This document shows, one piece after another, positions 56,434-64,000 of a DNA stretch of 64,000 bases. The number at the start of each line of letters is the position of its first letter. Position 1 is the stretch's first letter. Source of the stretch: Phaeosaccion multiseriatum. Its lineage: Eukaryota; Protista; Ochrophyta, other classes. The stretch lies in the NCBI GenBank assembly GCA_965112735.1, contig OZ218962.1, positions 1,116,001 to 1,180,000 of the forward strand, read 5' to 3'. Made by a program: the position numbers and the translations under genes. The notes under the pieces were generated by a model that was not told the origin of the DNA, searched no databases, and saw only the letters and a program-made list of their open reading frames with translations.

Positions 56434-56868
56434 CGCAAGATAATCGGTTGTCTGCTCCTGCCCCTCTACCCTCGGGGGCTTTCTGAAAGTCAGGCTGAGA
56501 GATGAGCCCCCTTTCTCTCTGTGTGGGAGCGTGTCTCTCTCTCTCTCACTGTCTCCCTCTTACACACCCGTTTGGAAAAGAACGTTTCAAGTTTCAAGTG
56601 ATCGAAGTGCGCGTGTTGGCTCGACCACGACGTCGCCATAGTTATCCGGCGGCGAGACGTTACTATTAGACAACCATGGATGGCATCCACCTGATTTTGA
56701 TTTCCGCGCCCTTTTCCTCTTTAGACCGTCTCTCGTGTATTGTCACGAAAATGCCCTCTGCTTGCCATTACAGCTCCAAGACTATCCCAGCGGAGGAGAG
56801 GTGCCTCGACGCTCAGGCGCAGATACCCGGACGTTCCTCCTTCCCCCTCCTCCTTTTTTCCTCTTCCC

Positions 56869-58685
56869 ATGAGTGGCACATACTCAAGTCACGCGCCGGG
56901 GCGAGATGGAGACGGCAGCATGAGGGTAGGCAGTCTTGGTGGTAGCGAAGAACTGGCACAGATACTGTTGGTATCAAGTAAGAACTGGGATGAGCACAAC
57001 CTCTTCACCCCTCCAGGCACCAAGCGAAAAGCCGCTTGGGAGCACAGGCGGGATAGTAGTGGTGGCAGCAATGCTAGTGCTACTTCGGGGAGGAGCAGGA
57101 GCAGGGCGAGGAAGAGCATGGCGCTCTCCCGATCCTTTCAAGCCTCGCTGCCTTCCCCACTCGTTGACGGAGACCTCGGACACAGTGGCGGTGGTCCTCA
57201 TGACGAGAGGATGAGGAGGGGCGACACCAGTGATAGGAGGAGGAGGATGAGAAGGAGGAGAAGGAGGGGGGGGGGAGATGACATCCCGCAGGAAGCAGGC
57301 CATGGTCCCGCCTCCTATCAAGGCGACGACGAGCAGCAGCAGCACGGCCAAGAAGGAGTGAGCGACGACGACGACGACGACGAGAGCCCTCCATGCTTCA
57401 GCACATTCAAAAGTATCATCAGAGGAGGCGCCCTCACTTCGATCGTCAGTCGGACAAGTGCCAGCGGCTTAGAGGTCGGAGATGCTCGCCGTCCATCCCC
57501 CCCGCAGCGGCAGTTGGCGATACAGTCGCTCTCCTGGGGCGTCGAGGACCTCCACCAGCAGCAGCAGGAGCAGCAGGGGCAGCAGGGGGCGGGGCGCAGG
57601 AGGCATGTACCTTGGAGGAGTGGTGTGTATGGTCCACTAGCAGCAGCAGCAGCACAAGCGGCAGCAGACCCACCTTGCTCTTCCTGTGGCGATACCAATG
57701 ACACCGCCTTGACCGCCAGCAAAAACAGCTGGACTCGTCTGCAGGCTGAGGGGGCGCGAGGGACGGAGGGCTACGACTCCGACGAAAGCGCCGGTCTCTC
57801 TATCTCTGACTGTGACGGGGACAACATGCCAGGGGGCGGTGCAGATGGAGCGGTGGAGAGTGGTGGTGGTGGTGGTGCCGCTGCTGACACTCTTGGGGCT
57901 GGTGGTGGTGGTGGGGCCTCGTCGGAGGATGAGGGGGGGGGCGGAGGCGAATCTGAGCATGCCTACGACGACTTTGACCTCGACGTTGATCTCGACTTTC
58001 ACCTCGGCTTTCGGACTCTGTCTCTCAGCCCCGCGGAGGCATACGCCCAGACCAAGCAAGATGTCAATCCCCTTCCGGCTGTCCTGCTGCTCAAGCGTAG
58101 GGCCGTCACTGATGGTGGTGCGACTGATCCCAAACTACCGCTGCGGTCCATGACGGCCTACAATTGCTTCGCGCAGGAAGAGCGAAAGGGCGTGCTTGAC
58201 AGTCGGAGGGACTTGCAGGACATTGGTGACAAGAGGCAGAGGAACGACGCGGTCAGTAGGGAATTGGGCCGCCTGTGGAAGGAGATGGCACCCACCGCAA
58301 GAGGTACGGAATGAAGCCCCCCCCCCCCCTCTCTCTCTCTCTTCCTCTCCCTCTCCCTCTCTCTCTATCTTTCCTTCTCTCTCCCTCCTCCTCCGTCTCT
58401 CTCGTCTCTCCGTCCGTTCTGTCCACTGACGAGTGCTTTTTCTTGCTGCTGTTGCTGCTGCCGATGTGCTTCCGGACCACCGCCCCCACCCCACAGAACG
58501 CTACGAGAGATTGGCCACATCCGATAGACAGCGCTACCTCCACGAGATGAATACGTACACGCCCACCCCGGGGTTTAAGCGAGAGTACGCCCGCATCGCC
58601 GCGCCCCCCTTGGGAGAAAGCGGGGGTAAGTACATGCAAGTCAACAACAACATCACATGCACATTGTTCCGTGTCTGTCCTTTCT

Positions 58686-58716
<31 letters not shown>

Positions 58717-59614
58717 ACCCCATCCCCTTCCCTCCCCTTCCCTTCCCTCCCTGTCCCTGCCCCTGCGTCCTCGTCAGGCAAGCCGTCCTTGAATGGGGGC
58801 CCGAAGGGGGACCCCACTTCCTCTCTCTCGAGACCCAAGTCGGCCTACAACATCTTCACGCAGCAGGAGCGGCAGGGGGTGCTGGCATGGGCCAAGGTGG
58901 GTGGTGGGTGGTGGGTGGTGGGTGAGGTTGACGATCCTTGCATGCCCCGCTCGCTTTGTGTTGATGTCGTGGTGAATGCCGTCATGTCTTCCCTCCCTCT
59001 GCCGCACGACACGCAGGGAAGGGCCAAGTCGCACATGAGTGGCGTTTTCTCGCAGCGATGGGCTTCCATGTCCGCTGAGGTAAGTCAAGTGTCAAGCAAC
59101 AGGGTAGGGCAGTTGGTGATACCGCGTCGGGTAGGGTAGTGTGTGGAATGCGTAGAGTTTGACACATGGCGCAGTTGCACATGTTCTGCATCATGAGACG
59201 ACCCGTTCGCTTCTCCGCCTTTGTCTCCTTGCCCCCCCCCCTCTCACAAACACACACACATACGTAATGCTTAGGTTGATTCCTAGAAGTCAATAACAGT
59301 TTCCCCCTGTCTCCTGGCGTTGTCTCCTACCCGCCCCCTCCCCCCTTATCCCTTGCCCCCTTCCCTTCTAACCCCACTTGGTGCCGTCCAACCCCCCTCC
59401 TCCCCATCTGCTGCCATCACCACATACCATCCTCTGCCACCTCTACCATACCATCCACTGCCATCCCCCACAGGAGAAGGCGCTCTATCTTGCCTTGGAA
59501 CGATGCGATATCAGGCACTTCAACGCGCAGGCCGCCGCAGCAGCAGCCACGGAACAAAGCGGCCCGCCAAAACAAGAGGTGAAGATGAGGGAAGGAGGTG
59601 AAGGAAGAAGGTGA
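56869..59614 (+). CDS. HMG-box protein with two boxes
   Basis: Box 1: PLRSMTAYNCFAQEER...VSRELGRLWKEMAPTAR-ERYERLATSDRQRYLHEMNTY. Box 2: RPKSAYNIFTQQER...FSQRWASMSAE-EKALYLALE. The 3' end is uncertain. Confidence 0.85.
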
Positions 59615-60030
59615 AGTGGGAAGGAAGGCGGAGGCGGGATTCAGGAGAGAAGGGGGAAGCATGTCAAACCATTACATGCATTCAACATCCACCCCCCCCC
59701 CACCCCCCGCTTGGGAGGACAGAATAGAGAAATCCTGTTATTGCAGTAAGGAAGTATGGAAAAAAAAAGAAGGACGTAGTAGGTACCTGCCTGGGTAAGG
59801 AGATGGCAGTTCATAAATTAATTGTTTAGTTTTAAATACTGCTCAGTACTGTACAAGACTTGTCCTGTCGATGGTCACGTAAGTATGAACAAGGGGCACT
59901 TGAATTTACCCCTACGGACGTGGCCAGACCTCCTGTCCTACCCCTCCTCCTCCTCCTCCTCTTCATACTCCTCCCCTTCCTCTTCCTCCTCTTCCTCCTC
60001 CTCCTCCTTCTCCTCTTCCTCTTCCTCCTC

Positions 60031-62895
60031 CTACTTCTCCTCCTCCGAAACAGTGGGGATTTTGGTTTGTATGAACCAGTTCCCCTCTCCGGTTTGGTGC
60101 ATTCTGAGACAGGGGGGGGCGTTGGTGGGGCGAAGACGGGGGGGAAGTAACGGAGAGTAACGGACACGGGACGGGAGAAAGGAGCGGAAGGCACCGTATG
60201 AAGAAAGGAGGGGGAGGACATAACACCATCACTTATCACTATCGCCCCCCCGGGGGTGAAAGCAACACCAACATGGAGGTCAAAGCGAGCATGTGTGGGG
60301 CCTCACGAGTGAGTGAGTGAGTGAGTGAGAAGACTCTTGTTCCTCACTCACCTCATGTCATCATCTAGGTACTTTACTGTGAACTGCGCTCCGCCATCCA
60401 CATCCGTGCCCTGCTCCTTGTTGATCTCCTTCTGCTTCCTCCTAGCCAGCCAGCTGATGAGCCTGTGTGATGGAGCGAGAAAGAGAGAAAGAAAGAGGGA
60501 GGCATAGAGAGCGAGAGCAAGAGCAAGAGAGAGAGAGAGAGAGCGAGGGAGAGAGAGAGAGCAAGAGAGAGAAGAGCGCGCGAGAGAGAAAGAAACATGT
60601 AGTGTGCGTGTGAGACAGATGGGGAGAAAGAAAGGTGTAGTGTGCGTGTGAGACAAACACCACAGGGCAAGAGACGCGGAGAGAATATGGGGCCAGCGAA
60701 TCGGCCTGTATCTCTCCTTCACTTACAGGGTCGGCAGCGGGACGACAAAGCTCCTGGGAAGGAGGGGGTTACTGGAGCGGCGCACCACCCTCACACGACA
60801 AAATTTCAGTTCCATCCGTTGGTCATCCAAAGCTTTGCCCTTTGTGACCACCTTGAGCAAGTCCAGCTTCGGGTACAGCACAATAGACGGAGATATATAA
60901 AGGGAGAGAGAGAGAGAGAAAGATGGAGAAAGAGATGGAGAGAGATAGAGAGAGAGGGGGGGGGAGAGAAAGAGAGAGGCAGAGAGAGAGATGCAGGCCG
61001 ATTAAGGGCATGCCACACAGCGAGAAGAGGAGAGCAGTAGGAGAACTATACCCTAACTCTATACCCGATCCCCTGTACCCGGGTGTAGAGTACAGAAGGC
61101 CTGCACGTCACATGCGTCTCATCAGTCACGCCAGCGCTCTCTCTCTCCCTCTCTCGGGAGTTGCCCACCTTCCCTGATGCCCAAGCAGTCGATAACGTGC
61201 TAACACCCCAAACAGCCCCTCCCCCCCCCCCTCTCTCTCTCTCTCTCTGCCGTTCTCCGACTGTTCACTCACCTTTCCTTCAAGCTGTCTGAAGTCGATA
61301 ACATTCACGAGAGTGCCCTTATCAGGCCGAACCTCCTGGCTTGTGACGATGCTCCCCTTCTTGGGCTCCTCCCCCTTCTTCCTGCCCTTGTTGGGGCTGC
61401 GTGTGGGGTGATGGGTTGGTTGGTTGATTGGTTGATTGACTTGTTGGTTGATTGACTTGTCGGTTGATTGACTTGTTGGTTGATTGATTGGTTGGTTTGC
61501 GGATTGGTTGGTCAGTGATGATTGATGGGTTGGATGGTTGGTTGATGATTGATTGATTTGAGTGATCGCTTGAGTGACGGTTTGATTGATTGATTGATTG
61601 CGCAGAGCGAAGGCAGGGAGTCGGCAGGGTTGTCCTCAGTGAAGGCGTGGAGAAGTAGAGAAGGCCCGCGACCCACCTACAACCCATCTTCTCCGACTTA
61701 GTCAAGACTTACTTAAAGGTCGCGTCCTTCCCGGTCGTAAAGCGCAACTTCCAGTCTCCGTAAAGCTTGCATTCCTGTGGAGGAGCGAAGAGAGGGGCCG
61801 GTTGGCCAGGCAAGCGCGCAGACAGGCAGGCAAGCAGGCAGGCAGACAGGCAGGCAGGCAGGCAAACAGACAGGCAGGCAGACAGGCAAGTAGACAGGCA
61901 GGCAGGCAGACAGGCAGGCAGACAGGCAGGCAGGCAGACAGGCAGGCAGACAGGCAGGCAGGCAGACAGGCAGGTAGGCAGACAGGCAGGCAGACAGGCA
62001 GGCAGACAGGCAGGCAGACAGGCAGGTAGGCAGGTAGGCAGGCAGGCAGGCAGACAGGCAGGTAGACAGACGGGCAGGCAGACAGGCACGGAGAAGGTTA
62101 GAGGTTCTCGGAATCTCAGGGCTTGGTGACGGACATTCGTACTCGGAAAGAGGCAAAAAGGTCCATACACACATACTCAGCACAGGAAAACAACCCCTTC
62201 GTACCTCTGGCTTGACGCCTTTATATCCCTTCCAGCCCAACATGGGCTGCGGGGTGGGGTTAAGCTTGATCAGCTCGTGCGCGATTTCGATGGTCCGATT
62301 GCCTGCTCCCGAAAGAGTGATGCTGTGTGGTGGATGAGGAGAAGAAAGTGAGCATCCCTTTGACCAGTTTCAAATAGAAGATATTGAACCGCTCATGTTT
62401 ACAGCAAAGACATACAGAAACTCACCTCTGTGCGGAGACACTCTCCGCACTCACGAGCCCGTCAAGCCTCTCCCCTATGCTCTTCTTTGCCTTCTTCTTC
62501 CCCTCATCTTCCTTTTCCTTGCCTTTCTCCTTTCCCTTGCCCTCTTCTTCCGCTGCATCCTCTTCATCTTGCAGCTCTCTCTCTAGTTTCCACAAACGCG
62601 CTTGCTGGGCCTTCCACTCATCACACGCCGCCAATAGCTCCTTCTTAAGCCTCTCGCGCTCCTCTCCCTTTTTTGTATCTTCTTCCACTACACTAGCGGC
62701 GCCCGTCGAGGAGGCTGCCGGGGCGGAGGCAGCAGAAGCAAGGGTGTATCCTCTTCCTCTCACAGGACGAGCAGCAGCGCGTGGCAAGGGGGTTGTGCTG
62801 AACGAGGATACGGAGGGGAACATAAGGCAGAGAGCAAAGAGGAGGCATCCTCTCCTTCTCTTCTGCCCTGGCGGCGCTACTCTTTCTCGCCACAT
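60031..62895 (-). CDS. Plastid lipid-associated protein / fibrillin (PAP_fibrillin) family, multi-exon
   Basis: Leader CLLFALCLMFPSVSS-F (bipartite signal). Motifs LKKELLAAC, ELIKLNPTPQP, LYGDWKLRFTT, TLVNVIDF and FTVKYLDDDMR-MHQTGEGNWFIQTK; stop TAG at 60033-60031. Confidence 0.8.
61818..62090. repeat. (CAGG/CAGA)n microsatellite, intronic
   Basis: About 270 bp compound tetramer repeat. Confidence 0.9.
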
Positions 62896-63090
62896 CACTC
62901 CTTTACTTCTTGGCTCTCTTTTCTTTTTCTTTATTAAAAATCATCCATCTTCCCGCAGTGTGCGAACAGCGTACCACCAATGCGCCAACTCACAGATTCT
63001 ACCCGGACGAGCCGAACGCAAAAAACACCCTTTCCTTTTCCTCCTCTCCCCCCCTCCCTGCGCTATGCTTTATTCGTGTAGTCCCCGGAA

Positions 63091-64000
63091 ATGGAGGCTC
63101 TGAGCCTGAAGGAGCGCCTCTTCGACCTGCAGGCCTTTGCAGAGCGGGTCAGCAGCGCGGCGGAACACTTGGGCACGTACACGTCTTCCTTGTCCTCCTC
63201 CTTCGCGGCTAGTAGGAGGAGTACCGCCGTAGAGGTGGGGTGGGGAAGTGAGCTGGGGGGGGGGGGTCTTAAATACAGCCACGACTTCTCCGCTGATCTC
63301 TCTGGTCTTCACAGCATTTATAAAGTCCAAACCCCCCTCTCTCTCTCTTACTGAGCAGGCAGCAGAGGCTGATGAGCAGCGGAGGCAGTTGCAAGTCCTC
63401 CTCGGAGGCCTGAAGGATGCAGTGAACGACCTCATAGCTATCGCGGCTGCTCATCCTTCCAGACTGGGGTAAGGGGGCAAAGAGGAGAACGGGGGGAGTC
63501 CGGCGCTGCTCACTCCCAACGCCCCAGATGTTACTCCTCGACACCAACGTTTCTCAGGCCAGCTCCTTCCTAGAGGCCTCTCATGCTCATATGTTGGCTT
63601 TCTTGCCCCTCCCCCCCCCCCTCCTCCTCTCTCTCTCCCTCTGTCTCTTGCCCGTCTCCCCGTCCGTCTTTTGTCGTGGGCGGCTCTCTCTACCACCGCG
63701 TGTGTGTCCCCTAGACGAGGCTATGTGGCGGGCTCATCCGAACCGTTTGTACGAGCGCTGTGTGAGGCGTTGGAACGCTGCCTCTTCTTCGGAGGGTCCG
63801 GTACCGCCGATCACGCCTTCTGGGAGGTCCTGCAGCTATGGGAGGAGGAGAAGGCGCAGCAGCTGGTGAAACAGGGGCACGGGCAGGGGCAGGGGCAGCG
63901 GCACCAACAGCTGAACAGCACCTCCCTCAATGTTCCTTCCGCTACGGCGCAGACGGTCGGGGTGCTACCGCACGTGCGGAGTGAGAGGGGGAGGTGCAGG
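63091..64000 (+). CDS. RUN-domain protein (5' part)
   Basis: Exons MEALSLKERL..., LLGGLKDAVNDL..., and from 63714 FVRALCEALERCLFFGG...AFWEVLQ...VGVLPHVRSERGRCR, matching the RUN blocks LC.ALE.CL..G, FW and GR.R. Confidence 0.75.

Overview
Eukaryotic nuclear DNA: GC-rich, gene-dense, with spliceosomal introns filled with microsatellites. It is most likely a photosynthetic stramenopile alga (inference: two proteins carry a signal peptide followed by an ASAFAP-like Phe, i.e. bipartite plastid targeting). I could build 14 protein genes by hand: multi-EF-hand protein (partial), NRAMP metal transporter, L-rhamnose mutarotase, WW+RING protein, giant armadillo-repeat protein, PP2A catalytic subunit, aldo-keto reductase, FAD monooxygenase, ankyrin-repeat protein, telobox/TRF-like Myb protein, BART-domain protein, two-HMG-box protein, plastid fibrillin and RUN-domain protein (partial). 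Twelve of them sit in head-to-head pairs. The most striking unexplained structure is a set of four internally unrelated non-autonomous TIR elements. All begin TC and end GA, have 6-7 bp target-site duplications, and carry their own subterminal motif arrays. Three are packed into 1.2 kb upstream of the telobox gene. The fourth carries two arrays of a telomere-like 14-mer phased at 42 bp around a gene fragment. Other observations are complementary or splice-signal-like microsatellites at opposite ends of introns, an in-frame duplicate of the PP2A C-terminal motif directly behind the stop codon, a GC-AG intron, frequent AAG acceptors, and an intron-containing bacterial-type rhamnose mutarotase. 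No rRNA, tRNA or CRISPR array was recognised. All exon models are manual and unverified.
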